Counted from the first letter of the whole stretch, positions 50,048 to 63,635 are shown. The stretch: 63,635 nt of DNA, filler included, from Octopus bimaculoides (GCF_001194135.2; 8 parts of 8 records of this genome joined end to end with filler, not necessarily neighbours in it); one strand, 5' to 3'. Numbers and translations are program-made. Notes: generated by a model not told the origin, from the letters alone.

Positions 50048-50085
<38 letters not shown>

Positions 50086-50624
50086 AATATATGTGTGTGT
50101 GTGTGTGTGTCTGTAAATATATATATACATGGACAGAGAGAATAAGAGAGACGGATAGATGGATAGACTGACAGACAGACATACGTACACATGTACAATG
50201 TGCAAATCTTGCAGAGGAATTTTTCCTCGCATGCTATTCGTATTCACCAAATCATGAGGTTCGAATGTTTATGAATTGAGTAAAAGGTTTATTGATAAAT
50301 CAATATTAGAAATCGGGCGACTTGTTAACTTAGAACTTAGACCATGCTTGTATATAATCAATGAACAGTTCTGTGCAAAACGCTGATTTCCACCTAAATC
50401 AATGAGAAATATTCTTCTACGTCTGACACATACGTACGTGAATAGAATGGAATAGAATAGATTTTTGAAAACATTTTACTTAAATCTTCACCTACTCAAT
50501 ATTAAAAAAAAAATAATAATGTAGAAAAACCCGAAAATGTATGATTCAATGAAGTACATGTTCTGTCTGGCTTCTGTATATGAATGAATATGTACATATG
50601 TATGTGTTTACACCTCTCTCTCTC

Positions 50625-50676
<52 letters not shown>

Positions 50677-51417
50677 NNNNNNNNNNNNNNNNNNNNNNNN
50701 NNNNNNNNNNNNNNNNNNNNNNNNNNNNNNNNNNNNNNNNNNNNNNNNNNNNNNNNNNNNNNNNNNNNNNNNNNNNNNNNNNNNNNNNNNNNNNNNNNNN
50801 NNNNNNNNNNNNNNNNNNNNNNNNNNNNNNNNNNNNNNNNNNNNNNNNNNNNNNNNNNNNNNNNNNNNNNNNNNNNNNNNNNNNNNNNNNNNNNNNNNNN
50901 NNNNNNNNNNNNNNNNNNNNNNNNNNNNNNNNNNNNNNNNNNNNNNNNNNNNNNNNNNNNNNNNNNNNNNNNNNNNNNNNNNNNNNNNNNNNNNNNNNNN
51001 NNNNNNNNNNNNNNNNNNNNNNNNNNNNNNNNNNNNNNNNNNNNNNNNNNNNNNNNNNNNNNNNNNNNNNNNNNNNNNNNNNNNNNNNNNNNNNNNNNNN
51101 NNNNNNNNNNNNNNNNNNNNNNNNNNNNNNNNNNNNNNNNNNNNNNNNNNNNNNNNNNNNNNNNNNNNNNNNNNNNNNNNNNNNNNNNNNNNNNNNNNNN
51201 NNNNNNNNNNNNNNNNNNNNNNNNNNNNNNNNNNNNNNNNNNNNNNNNNNNNNNNNNNNNNNNNNNNNNNNNNNNNNNNNNNNNNNNNNNNNNNNNNNNN
51301 NNNNNNNNNNNNNNNNNNNNNNNNNNNNNNNNNNNNNNNNNNNNNNNNNNNNNNNNNNNNNNNNNNNNNNNNNNNNNNNNNNNNNNNNNNNNNNNNNNNN
51401 NNNNNNNNNNNNNNNNN

Positions 51418-51478
<61 letters not shown>

Positions 51479-52817
51479 TGCGCATATATGTATGTCTGAA
51501 GGTAACCTTTTACTTTTTTTGCATACAAACACACAAGAGTGAAATGATCTGAATTAAATACATGTGAAAATACTCAATGGATAAATATATATTATAATTT
51601 TCTAGTTAAGAAATAAAACGGGAGGAATTAAATACATTATACACTACATGAAAGGAAATTACATAGATTACGTATATTAATTTAACAATATACATTATAT
51701 ACATACATATACTTTCATACATATATATATATAAATTCATATACACATGCACGCACACACCTATGTAAATATTTATATACAAGTACACACACTTTTGTGT
51801 GCGTACGTGTGTGATCCAGTGCATATACACACTGTATAGGAGTCAAGAATTTAATTATAAAATATCATTATCATTGCCATGCATTTGTCATGCATTATGA
51901 TATACAGATTGTTATCGGAGTTCTCCATGCATTTTTGAAACTGCTACAAAACACACGTGGAAACCGTGTGTGATGCAAATGATAAAGTTGATGGTGATGT
52001 TGATGAACGAAGTGCTTGTAGTAGTGGTGGTGGTGCAGTTGTGTTTGTTGTTGGTGATGATTTGTAGGTAAAATATGTTATGTATGTATATTGATAGTTA
52101 TATATCAATATACACAGAAATATGTGATACACATCTTATTATCTAAAGTGATAATTTTCTTCAACTCATGAATTTGTTCAGAAAAATTATATTTGAAAGG
52201 CGTAATATATCTCATCCAAGTAATATTTATCTACATACATACATATATACATACATAATTTCACGCACGCATACACACATTCATATACGTTTATATATNN
52301 NNNNNNNNNNNNNNNNNNNNNNNNNNNNNNATATATATATATATATATATATGTATACTGAGCAGCAATTTCAGTGGAGCTTGCACAAATTGATTTCGTG
52401 TTAACATTCTACTGTAGTATATAAATGATAAGATGAATAAAAACAGTAATAAATATAAATATATTTTTTTAAAATGTTTGTGATTCTAACGACAGTTTCA
52501 TTAACTTTCAGAAATTACAACCAGTGTTATACAATCTCTATTATACTATTCATAGAGATGATGGTTATTTATTGTTAACTTTGTGGTATTTTATCTGAAT
52601 TTCATAATTGTATATTCACTCATGAAAAGCATGTTCATATATGAAACGTGAAATCTTATGTCAAGATTTGTTGGTTGTTTCTCTGGCTTCTTTCTCTCTT
52701 CATGTGTTGGAAGGAGAAACCAGTGTCTCTCCTGGAAAAGGAAAAAAATGAGACTAAAAGCTTATTGTAAAGGGAAGTATGTTAGAGAAACAAATAGAAC
52801 GGATATTGCTTGAGTAT

Positions 52818-52878
<61 letters not shown>

Positions 52879-53607
52879 AGAGAGAGAGAGAAAGAGAAGA
52901 GAGAGAGAGAGAGAGAGAAGAGAGAGAGTGTAATAGAGGAAGAGAGAGAGTGTAATAGAGGAAGAGAGACTTTCTGTATAAGAAAAGAGCACATGTATGT
53001 GAAGAAGTATGTAAAGAATGAAGGATGAAGGAGAGAACAGAGACTTGTGGTTTGTACGTACGTTTAAAGAGAAAGGAAAAAATGACGTATTGAAGTTTAT
53101 CAGGGAGAATATTGATTTGGTGGAGCTGAACCTGTGAACTGTAGGGAGGTTTGCTTGCTATTTCCAACAACTGAGTTCACCATATAGAAACCCTCTTATT
53201 AAGTCTACGGGAGTTTTATGGAGGAGTAATTAGCACTGTTTTATGACATGAAAAGGCTGAAACTAAACGTTCCTGGCATCGGTCGTCAGTCTAAGGCAAA
53301 ATAACATTTACTCATGATCGGCGTCAGATGACATTTGAAGTGAAAAATCATGTATTTGGCCTATAATACCCACAAACCCAATAAACACGAATGGCTGACT
53401 TCGGTTTCAAGGCGTTAACATACTTTTGACAAGACACCATCAAAAGCATAATTCGTGTAAGATCTGTTCTCACTTAAAAAAAAGCTTCCAAATAGTGTAA
53501 ATAATTCTCAAAAACCACAAGACCTATGCACACCTATGGCTAGACGACATTTCATAGCCTTAAATTCTGGGTATATTGAAGCTAACATTACCTGATGATC
53601 TGTTAGA

Positions 53608-53699
53608 TGTTATTGATACATTGTTATTGATACATGTTATTGATACATGTTATTGATACATGTTATTGATACATGTTATTGATACATGTTATTGATACA
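53608..53699. repeat. Minisatellite, 7 x 13 bp (TGTTATTGATACA)
   Basis: Seven identical units, with one extra T after the first. Confidence 0.95.
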
Positions 53700-54026
53700 T
53701 TTGCGTCTTAAGTAAGTGTACAATATAGGGCGTTGCTCAGACTGCCAGGTCCCTATAGAGTTCTGTCGGTGTTGTGCACCGTCTCGTAGGAGTGGGTTCT
53801 CCCCTCAGCTAATATGTACCACGAGCTTCCAATTATTTTAAAAACTATTCAATGCAAATGTATGTATTTATATGTAACTTGATATATATATATGTGTGTG
53901 TGTGTATGTATGTGTGTGTGTGTTTTGCAATTTAAATTGGGTGCGAAGTGAGACAATTGTAGGCAATGTTAAATAATTAATAGATTAATTCATATCCAAT
54001 AAATGTCTCCATTTCCAAACATATTA

Positions 54027-54111
<85 letters not shown>

Positions 54112-55039
54112 TGCGTGCGTGTGTGTGTGTGTGTGTCCGTGTGTCTGTGTATTGATAGAATTATTAGAATTTCAAACTTATGTTGGTCTACATCAGTAAG
54201 TTGCCGACAGTGTACCTGCGTGTGTAAATTTGGAAATCTCTAATGTGGCTGGAGTGACAGAAAATAGCAACGAAACTTCACTCAATTGAAAGCTTAATAT
54301 TTCAGATGTTGTCTGACATAGCTCTAAAATTTCAGAGAGAGCCACCACTCTATTATCTTTGGATCATAGGTCAGCTCGACCAGAACTGACCTGGAGGGAA
54401 ACAACGCCAGCAATAATTGATGACATGTGTACAACAGCTTTTATGAGAGCAGGGTAGATATACTAAAGTCCGAAATACGTATACAAAGGAAATATACTGT
54501 AGCTGTATATATCACAAATCAGATATAAATGTGGTAGCGGGGGATTATACTTATATTCGTTAATAAATCTTTTAAATTGAATCAAAATTATTCGTGAAAT
54601 TAAATTTTAGAAAAAACGAATAATTTTCCCACATTATCTTTCAGCACACACACACACACACACACACACACTCTCTCCACACACACGCATAGACCCCCAC
54701 ACAGACACACGCACACATATGTACAAACACACGCATGCACTCACAATTACGTTTATGGATGTATGTAGATCTGTCGAATACAATCGTTGTTGTTTTTTTT
54801 ATGTTCTGATCCTTATCTCAGTAACCTAGCAGCTCGACTCTTAGAGATTAATACCAAGAGTTGAAATATATATATTTGGATGGATATGTGTGATGAAAAA
54901 TTTTAAAGTCAGGCCGCAGGAATACCGCAAAACGATGATTAAAACTGAAATATGTATATATACAGATATAAGCGTGTGTGTGTGTGTATGTGCGTGCGTG
55001 TGTGTGTGTGTATGTATGTGCGTTTGTGTTTGCGTGTGT

Positions 55040-55082
<43 letters not shown>

Positions 55083-55918
55083 TGTGTGCATATGTGAAAA
55101 TAAAATCTTTGACGTCGAAGAATATTTAAGTGTATAATTTACATATGTTCGTGTATACCTTTCTATATCTCTCAAATCTTGTATTTTTTTTTTCATTTTA
55201 ATTCTTTTTTGTTGCATCTATTTAAGATCAGCCATTGTGCCAATCAGGCTGTTTTAAATTTGATAGTATATAAATAAACAAAATAAGCAAAAAAAAAAAA
55301 ATGGAATAAAATTTAGATATATAAGCGAAATTTTAGAGAGAAAATTAAAGAGGAAAATTCGCCATAATATCATTGACAGTGAAGATCTTATGGAATCGAA
55401 TTGATTTGTAAATTAAATGCAACATTGGAACGTGCTTTTCGCAGTGTATTTCAACGATGTTTGCGTGCTTATTGTGTTGTTTACTGGCTGGTTTATATTA
55501 GTATTCCTCAGTTTTTTTGTTTATCCACTCAGTTGTTTGTTTGTTGCGATTGTAGTTGTTGTTATATTTGAGCACGACGATGCTATAAAGTAGTTGTAGC
55601 ATATGTTTGAACCATTGTATATGTGTGTGTCTGAGTACATATATGTGTTTTAATCTTAGTGTTATTCTTATTCTATCTGTGTGTGTGTGTAGGTGTGTGT
55701 AGGTGCATATGTGTGCCTGTGTGTATCATTAATAAATAGCAAACTTCCACACATACGAATACCGTTGAGCTGTGTTCTGCTATGCTGTCGTTGCAAATGC
55801 AGATAGCACGTTACGCCATGTTTCTTCACTATTCCAATTGCGTTTCCACTTCTCTCTTACTGATTAAGTGCCTTTTGTTTTTTTTTTAAATAATAATAAT
55901 AACAATAATAATAATTAA

Positions 55919-55962
<44 letters not shown>

Positions 55963-57417
55963 GTGTACGTTTTTTTTTTGTAATTTATAATTTATAATTC
56001 CATTTCACTAGCATGATAAGAGGATTTCTTAAGCAATTCTCTTCAATTGAACGAACACTGAAAATCATCTCAAAATCATCTCAAAAATATCTTTAAATTA
56101 TCTTGAATTGTAATTTCGTCCACTAAAGTATGTTTTTAAAAAAACACCATGCGGGGGGAGGAGGATGGAGGCGTGGATGTGATGTTGTGTTGGTGAAACG
56201 AAATGTTTTTACTCGTCACTGGAATAATAAATTAAATGTACTTGAAATCTATTATTATATATTGTTGCTGTTCATCTTTAGTATAAAGTCAGCCATGAGA
56301 AATGGTGGCATTCCGGCCGTGACAATTCCGACTTTTATTTTATTTTTTTTTTTGCTTTCGATAGAGTGCATCTAGCAAAACATTATGCAACATGGTTTCC
56401 AGTTCGATTCCTGTTCAAAGATCTAATAAGTTCTCGCCTAAACAAACATACAGGAAGACATCCATGTATGTATGTATGTATGTATGTATGTATGTATGTA
56501 TGTATGTGTGTGTGTATATGTATATGTGTACACACATACATACACACACTCACACACGTATATATGCATCCATATGTACACACATATATAAATATATATA
56601 CTCACACACACGCACATGCACACACATATATATGTATATATATAAATATTTGTGTATATATGCATATATGTTGTACGCATTGATGTAAGTGTGAATACAA
56701 AGCATGCTTGTATGTTTTCGCCAACAAAATATACACAAGTCATCAGGTACATCTCAATTATTCATACCGGGTTACTTTTCCTCTAAAGTGCCCAAAAATC
56801 CTTCATATATGATTATGAATTATTTGGTGCTATGACATTAAACTTATACAGGTAAAAGAATCTTCTGATATACGATAAAAAAGAGTTGCGTGAGACATTA
56901 CACAGTAACAAATCTAAACCTGTATAACGTTCAGTGGTGTGAACCATAGCCTTGCTAAGTTGTTGACGAACACAGGGTAGAAATTCTGAACCAACTCCCA
57001 TTCAGTTCATTTAATCATTGAAGTGTGTGAAAAATGCTAGTGCATTCCAAATTGCAGCATTCCGAATGTATCTATTGTATTATTGTTACTTCTAACAAGA
57101 TCAGCGACAGCTTACATATACTTTCGTTGGCTCAATTTGTATTTGGTACTATACTTTGAATAAGATTTAGAACTGTTGAACATTGCACTGATATCCTTGA
57201 CTTATCTATTTCTGCAACCTTCAGTATAAAATGATATACATACCCCAGAGTTCAAAAAGATGTAAATGGTATATGATATTGTGTGACGTATCAGTCTATG
57301 ATGTACTGTTTCGTTATGATTTTTGCCAACTTAATTGTGAAATGGAGGTGTACACTTATGTTTGCCAAAATAAATTGACAGCAACTACAACAATGACACA
57401 AAAAAATTGTGTGTGTA

Positions 57418-57468
<51 letters not shown>

Positions 57469-57568
57469 NNNNNNNNNNNNNNNNNNNNNNNNNNNNNNNN
57501 NNNNNNNNNNNNTTAATTAATTAANNNNNNNNNNNNNNNNNNNNNNNNNNNNNNNNNNNNNNNNNNNN
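57469..57568. other. Artificial scaffold spacer
   Basis: 44 N + TTAATTAATTAA (57513-57524) + 44 N. Confidence 0.95.
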
Positions 57569-57582
57569 TGTGTGTGTGTATT

Positions 57583-57641
<59 letters not shown>

Positions 57642-58149
57642 GCATGTGCATATATACTTATGTAGGGGTATATGCATATGGTGAAGAACAAAAAGCAAAA
57701 CACAAAATAACCACAAAAACAAATTTCTAATCAAGACTATTAGCTTGATGCTCGGATGATCGGAGAAGGAAAAAAGTTAATGGGTATAACGTTTCAGATA
57801 TTTGTCCTTTTTCGGATACTGGAAAAAGAGAAGAGAGACAATCCGGAGAAACTGAGGCAAAAATAAAGAAAAATGGGAAGAAATTTTAGAAAGTAACATG
57901 TCTAAGGTATTCACCAACTCCCCCTTCAATAGACATGCAAGGTTATCGATCATTTGCATGACGGGGAAAAGTGTATATTTCTGAAGTGTCGACATTGATT
58001 GTTGTATTTACAGCAGGACACTGGTAAGGTAAAATGCATGATCCCATAATGTTTTTGCAACTGTTGTCTAATTATTTCAGCATTTTGGGGAAATGTGTGT
58101 ATTTACCATAAGGCTTTTATTACCACATGTTTTCTACTTATTATTAGTT

Positions 58150-58254
<105 letters not shown>

Positions 58255-58294
58255 TTTTATATATATACATAGATACACACATACACACACACAC

Positions 58295-58332
<38 letters not shown>

Positions 58333-58769
58333 CTACATTTGTATTTAATAGCTTATTTTTATTCTTATAAACCATTTTACAAAGACAAGCACTCAATCAT
58401 AAATACATACATATATATATCATACACTTGAGTGTGTCATGTTTCTGCGCGCGTGCGTGTGTGTGTACGTCTGTGTGTGTGACTGTGTGAGTGTCTGTGT
58501 TAATGTATGTGTGCAATGGTAAAGTGGTTAACTTGAAACGAATTGTTTAGTTTCATGGAAGAAAAATTGGAAAGTCATGTCATCTATGTATTTCTTAAGG
58601 ATTTCTGCACAATTGCCGAAACTGTTTCGATCGATAGAATTGTTATGATAACTCGTGAGAACAATATCCAAAAAACAGCAACAAATAATTATAATACAAA
58701 CACAAACCATCTCAGAAAAACTCTATAGTAAACAAAGCAAAAATAAATACCAAGCTGCGTTTCAGCTAA

Positions 58770-59300
58770 AACTTAGCGACAAATGTGAGGAAAAAACTGC
58801 CTAGTATTAATCATCGAAAACCTCCAAATGGGCTACAGATACCACCATCAATTCGGTAGGAGCACAGAAAAAATTAGCTGCACAAGAAGCCAATAAAATG
58901 CTATCTAAGTTATAAACAGCCATATATTTAAAAGCCTACAGTTCACAGTCGAAAATAAATGTATCTACGACAGATCGAAGTTAAACTTGTGAAGAAGGAA
59001 TTACGTAGACAAAGAAGTAATCTACAAGAGAGGCATGCCACCTGTATTGTAGCAACAGGTGGAACGTTCAAAGTCGGATTCACACAACAAATACATTCAT
59101 TCTGCAATATTTATGGGAAAATGGAATTCCCCTATCAAAGTACATTTGGGTCTTAAAGGAGAATAATATAAATATAAAATGAATAATTACTTACAGTATC
59201 ATACCTTATATAAATGGCACCAGTATATGCATTATAGAATATATAAACCACAATTACTTTACAAGTATGATGGTTCTAGATGAGAAATAAGATGCATTTA
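58770..59300 (+). mobile_element. Degenerate Penelope-like element, linker and GIY-YIG endonuclease region
   Basis: Broken frames give ATNVRKKL, EVIYK, CIVATGGTFKVGFTQQIHSF, LSKYIWVLKENNINIK* and PYINGTSIC. These match the PLE pattern VIYKA..YIGxTxxxFKxRxxxHxxSF..LSKYIWxLK..PYxxxxxxC. Confidence 0.68.
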
Positions 59301-59842
59301 CGTTACAGAAACCAAAATAAATTTATTTACAAAACTGAATCAAACTGCAACTAGGATAGACATTCAATGATACAGCAGAAGCGAAAATAACAACCGAGGC
59401 ACAAGAAAGGCAATATCAACGAAACGAAATGTAACACTCCCTCTTAACGAGATTAGATATAAAATTACAATTTATGAAGACAGAACAATAATTTCAGAAT
59501 AAACAAGATACCAAAGATAAAGTGATAAACAAGTAAAGAACCCTAGCAAATCACGACCCAGCTTAGCAAAACAAAATGCAGTTACAAAATAGGCTGGCCA
59601 CAGAAAAACTTGCGTCAATTAGAAATAGATTGACTAATAATAAGTGCCAGAGAAGCTGACTTGTGAAAATAGGTAGAACAACAATAGCGTGCAAAATGAA
59701 ACAGCAACAACAGTATATAATACCCTAATAAAAAAAATACATAAGAAACCACCTAATTCATACGATAGCCATAAACTAGAGAATCAACTTACAATATATT
59801 GTTCATGTCATAAGAATTATGAACTTTCGAGAGAACGTGAAA

Positions 59843-60243
59843 TAGTTCTTTTTCAAACTGGATTTAGAAGCACATATAAAATATGTAAATAACGGTTTGA
59901 TAAGCCCTTTTCAATAGGAAAAAAATTGAAGGCTGCCTGTAGGACTCGAATTCACCTCTCCTGCAAACACGATAGGCGTTCCATCATTGAACAAATAACA
60001 ATCCTCCAAATTTCTTTATCTATTTGACGGACTAATTCTTACCAGCGAGGTTTTATGTTCTCATAAGAATTTATAAACTTTGCAGACAACGTGAAATAAT
60101 TCTGTCATGTCTACAGATGTGCGTTCGAATCCTACGGGCAGCTCTTGAATTTTTCTATGCAAAAGGGTTTTACGACCACATATTTACATGCTATTAGCCA
60201 CAGCTTTATATGTGCTTCTAGATCCAGTCCCAAAAAAGAACTA
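59843..60243. repeat. Diverged inverted repeat with tRNA-like T-arm sequences at the inner ends
   Basis: 59843-59950 pairs with 60124-60243 (ACTGGAT[T/C]TAGAAGCACATATAAA; GCTGCC[T/C]GTAGGA[C/T]TCGAA). A direct repeat also links 59808-59850 and 60061-60104. Confidence 0.7.
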
Positions 60244-60370
60244 GATATCTGGCGAGATAGGTCCGTCCTACATGCCTACGAAACATTGAGCTACACGGAG
60301 TCAAACTGTTATTAAATTATACGTACATACATGGATACATGCATACATGTACACATACACGCACATATAT

Positions 60371-60651
60371 CTTTTATCTTTTCTTTTACTTGTTTCAGTC
60401 ATTAGACTGTGGCCATGCTGGACTACCGTCTTGAAACATTTTTAGTTGAATGACTCGACCCCAGTTCTTATATTTTGTTAAGCCTGGTACTTATTGCATA
60501 GGTTTCTTTTGCCGAGCCGCTAATTTACGAGAACGTAAACACACCGACAGCGCATGTCAAGCGGTAGTGGGTGACAAACACAGACACGAAGACACACACA
60601 CACACATACATATATAGGAAGCAAGCTCTTACCACATAGTCACGCCTACGC
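60371..60651 (-). mobile_element. Family A SINE with most of the left arm deleted
   Basis: Right arm 60371-60605 joined to the head remnant GGAAGCAAGCTCTTACCACATAGTCACGCCTACGC. Confidence 0.75.
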
Positions 60652-60772
60652 ATTATATATATATTCTTTTATACTTTTGTTCTTTTATATGTTTCAGCCC
60701 TAATGTGGCCATGCTGGAGCATCATATACATGTGTATGTATATATATATATAATAATAATAATATTAGAGAC

Positions 60773-60860
<88 letters not shown>

Positions 60861-60960
60861 NNNNNNNNNNNNNNNNNNNNNNNNNNNNNNNNNNNNNNNN
60901 NNNNTTAATTAATTAANNNNNNNNNNNNNNNNNNNNNNNNNNNNNNNNNNNNNNNNNNNN
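60861..60960. other. Artificial scaffold spacer
   Basis: 44 N + TTAATTAATTAA (60905-60916) + 44 N. Confidence 0.95.
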
Positions 60961-60992
<32 letters not shown>

Positions 60993-61521
60993 CGCACACA
61001 CGCACGCACAGCTATTCACTATGCACACACATGCGCACATTCACACACATATACATAATACATGATACACTCACATACAGATTTTTTGCAAAGCGAAAGG
61101 ATCTTCATTGGTTGCGACGATGACTCCTCCAGTCGTTGTATCAAATGAACTGACAACCCATTGTGAGTCAGTGTATAAAGTGAATGAAATTTCCAGACAC
61201 GGGCACCTTTCACGTATTGCTTTAGTAGAACTACCACATATGTGTGTATGTGTGTGTGCGTGTGTATTCATGTATGTATTTATATACGTGAGTGGATGTA
61301 TATGTATATAAATATATGTGTGCACATATATATATATGTATGTGTGTGTGTGTATGCATATATAAACTCTATGATCTTCAACAATGCATCATTTCGTGTT
61401 TAATATAATCGTTGATTCGAGTAAATGTTATTTCGATGAATTGTCTTTTCGTTCAATTATTTCCGATTATTTGTATTTCGACTAGCTGTTTTCAATGTAC
61501 TGACCGCGAGCCTATAAATCT

Positions 61522-61552
<31 letters not shown>

Positions 61553-61603
61553 TCATCCTCATATGTAGCATATTTCACAGGTTAGCATTAACATTTTTCA
61601 AAG

Positions 61604-61825
61604 AAGTGACGAGAATTTGTTTCATTCCACTTCTGCCCATGCTGTTTCGATGAATGCTTGCAGACATAAACGCCACTACGCGTGTCAAACATTCAGAACA
61701 ATGAGGACCATTGCTGAGCGGCTAGTAAATGGCGAAGTCCGCGAGCAAATGTTTGATGCACAAGGACATCGAGTCCTACATGATGAGAAGAGGGCTGTTT
61801 GTCTGGCAAGAACCGAGAGAGCTAC
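61604..61825 (+). CDS. Candidate 222-bp symmetric exon, product unknown
   Basis: Acceptor atttttcaaag| (or tttcacag| at 61580, same frame) and donor AC|gtatgt. Open frame SDENLFHSTSAHAVSMNACRHKRHYACQTF...VCLARTERA; GC-richer than the flanks. No motif recognised. Confidence 0.28.
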
Positions 61826-62114
61826 GTATGTAATAATGTGATCCCAACATTATGTTACCTCCAAGATTCATGGATCTGAATCTACGCGGACGTTATGGCT
61901 GGCATACGTTATGTTCATACAATATTGTCAGAAGGCCACTTCCGTAGCTCTGATGCAGCCACGGAAGTGAATATATGGTAGGATCAGGTGGGTCTGGGAC
62001 AGTGGCGAACTGGGTCTAAAAATATTGGTTGCCAGGAGACTAAGGGGACCTACCTGCAACTACAAGGGGGCCCACCCGCAACTACAATGCTATCATTTAT
62101 TACTATTATTATTA

Positions 62115-62347
62115 AGGCGGCGAGCTGGCAGAATCATTAGAGCGCCGGGTGAAATGCTTAGCGGTATTTCGTCTGCCGTTACGGTCTAAGTTCAAATTCC
62201 GCCGAGGCCGACTTTGCCTTTCACCCTTTCGGGGTCGATAAATTAAGTACCAGTTACGCACTGGGGTCGATGTAATCGACTTAATCTCTTTGTCTGTCCT
62301 TGTTTGTCCCCTTTATGTTTAGCCCCTTGTGGGCAATAAAGAAATAA
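62115..62347 (+). mobile_element. Family B SINE, young full-length monomer
   Basis: GGCGGCGAGCTGGCAGAATC (A box), AAGTTCAAATTCC (B box), CTTTGCCTTTCACCCTTTCGGGGTCGATAAATTAAGTACCAG core, tail GTGGGCAATAAAGAAATAA. Confidence 0.9.
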
Positions 62348-62522
62348 TTTATTATTTTTATTTATTTTGTTAAACGTATTCTTTTCAACTGTCTACAATC
62401 AGGCTGAAATAATTAATACATTCTTCCAGGAGTGAATAAGAAAAAAATCTCAAACTTGAGGAGATGGGCTCTTTAGATACTAACATGGGCCCCCATATAC
62501 GAATTCTAATGGCGCAGGGGCC

Positions 62523-62622
62523 NNNNNNNNNNNNNNNNNNNNNNNNNNNNNNNNNNNNNNNNNNNNTTAATTAATTAANNNNNNNNNNNNNNNNNNNNNN
62601 NNNNNNNNNNNNNNNNNNNNNN
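62523..62622. other. Artificial scaffold spacer
   Basis: 44 N + TTAATTAATTAA (62567-62578) + 44 N. Confidence 0.95.
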
Positions 62623-62665
<43 letters not shown>

Positions 62666-63635
62666 GAGGGAAGTGCGGAGAGGGGAGCAGGAAGGAAGGG
62701 AAAATGGAGGAGAGAATAGGAAATGGCAGAAGAAAAGGAAGGGGACATTAAAAATACAGGGGATGAAAATAAGAATAGAATTTTGAAAGGAACAAAAAAA
62801 GGAGGATGAAAGAAAAGCTGAAAGAGGGGAAGAAAAACATGGAAGAAAAAAGAAAGAAACAAAATGGAGGGAAAGCGTAAGTAGTGAAAGGAAGATGCGA
62901 AATCATAATGTTTCATTTCATTCAAAAAATCCGGTGAATGAATATATTGAAGCGTGTAACAGAAGGACGGAAAGATAGAGAGGGAGAGAGAGAGGGTGAG
63001 AGAGAGGGAGGGAGAGGTAGGTAAGTAAGTAAGTAGGTAGACGCAAATACATGTATCACATATACATATACAAAATATTTTTCGAAATATTTTCCAAAAT
63101 ATGTACATTTAAGCATCTAAATATACCGGAAACCAAATTAGCTCACTGTGAAAATATTGAAATAAATACCTCATAAAATATTCCAGATTTTGATAACTCA
63201 AAGTATCATGTGTTACATACGCAATCGTCAGTTTTTAATAGCTCTACCTCAAAATATTGATCACTATTTAGATATAATCATTTACTTATCAATGTTACAA
63301 AACTGTATATTTTGCAAGATTCCATTTAATATTCTTCCTTCATAATTGGGATAAAACAATTTTAATGCTAATTTATTTGAATTTAACTCCTAACAGACGT
63401 CCTAGGTGTGCATGTATTGCATGTATCTTTAATTGCTCTGCATGTTCTGTTGGACTTCGACTGCTTAAATAAAAAGGCATAACATCGCGCTACTATAACC
63501 TACAGATATTTGATTATAAGAGCCCTTTTAACGTTCACCCACTGATGATTGGATATATACCGCATGAAACCTTAATATAAATTATGACGTTTGCAGTATA
63601 TGTAGACTTTTTACAGTACACCACATATCGAACGC

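Noticed and set aside
53608-53699. CRISPR-like array
   Set aside because: Units are 13 bp, directly adjacent, with no spacers, in eukaryotic DNA.
56789-56851. 63-bp symmetric exon-like segment on the plus strand (AQKSFIYDYELFGAMTLNLY)
   Set aside because: Too short, with no homology and no linked exons to support it.
57750-57900. Possible RTE C-terminal remnant (RYLSFFGY...)
   Set aside because: Only one weak motif across frameshifts; not enough to call.

Overview
AT-rich, microsatellite-dense animal DNA. The SINE/LINE repertoire and repeat load fit an octopus-type cephalopod draft assembly (inference; no search was run). The window is not contiguous: seven identical artificial spacers (44 N + TTAATTAATTAA + 44 N) split it into eight pieces (1-14499, 14600-21590, 21691-38587, 38688-42956, 43057-57468, 57569-60860, 60961-62522, 62623-63635). 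There are also many ordinary N gaps, so adjacency across spacers carries no biological meaning. Only one protein-coding gene is well supported: a spliced, + strand, PLP-dependent enzyme of the DegT/DnrJ/EryC1/StrS (bacterial nucleotide-sugar aminotransferase) family. Its exons are 2271-3238 and 6749-7036; the first exon was not found. The rest is transposon-derived or simple repeat: at least four tRNA-headed SINE families (called A-D here), RTE, CR1/L2-like and Penelope-like LINE remnants, hAT, mariner and piggyBac-like MITEs (several nested, with intact target-site duplications), a solo LTR and a 442-bp foldback palindrome. The most interesting signals are the bacterial-type aminotransferase as a domesticated animal gene with an atypical active site, a repeated hairpin-plus-pseudoknot module in the RTE 3' UTR, and the long palindrome. 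Repeat boundaries were read by eye and are approximate unless a TSD is quoted.
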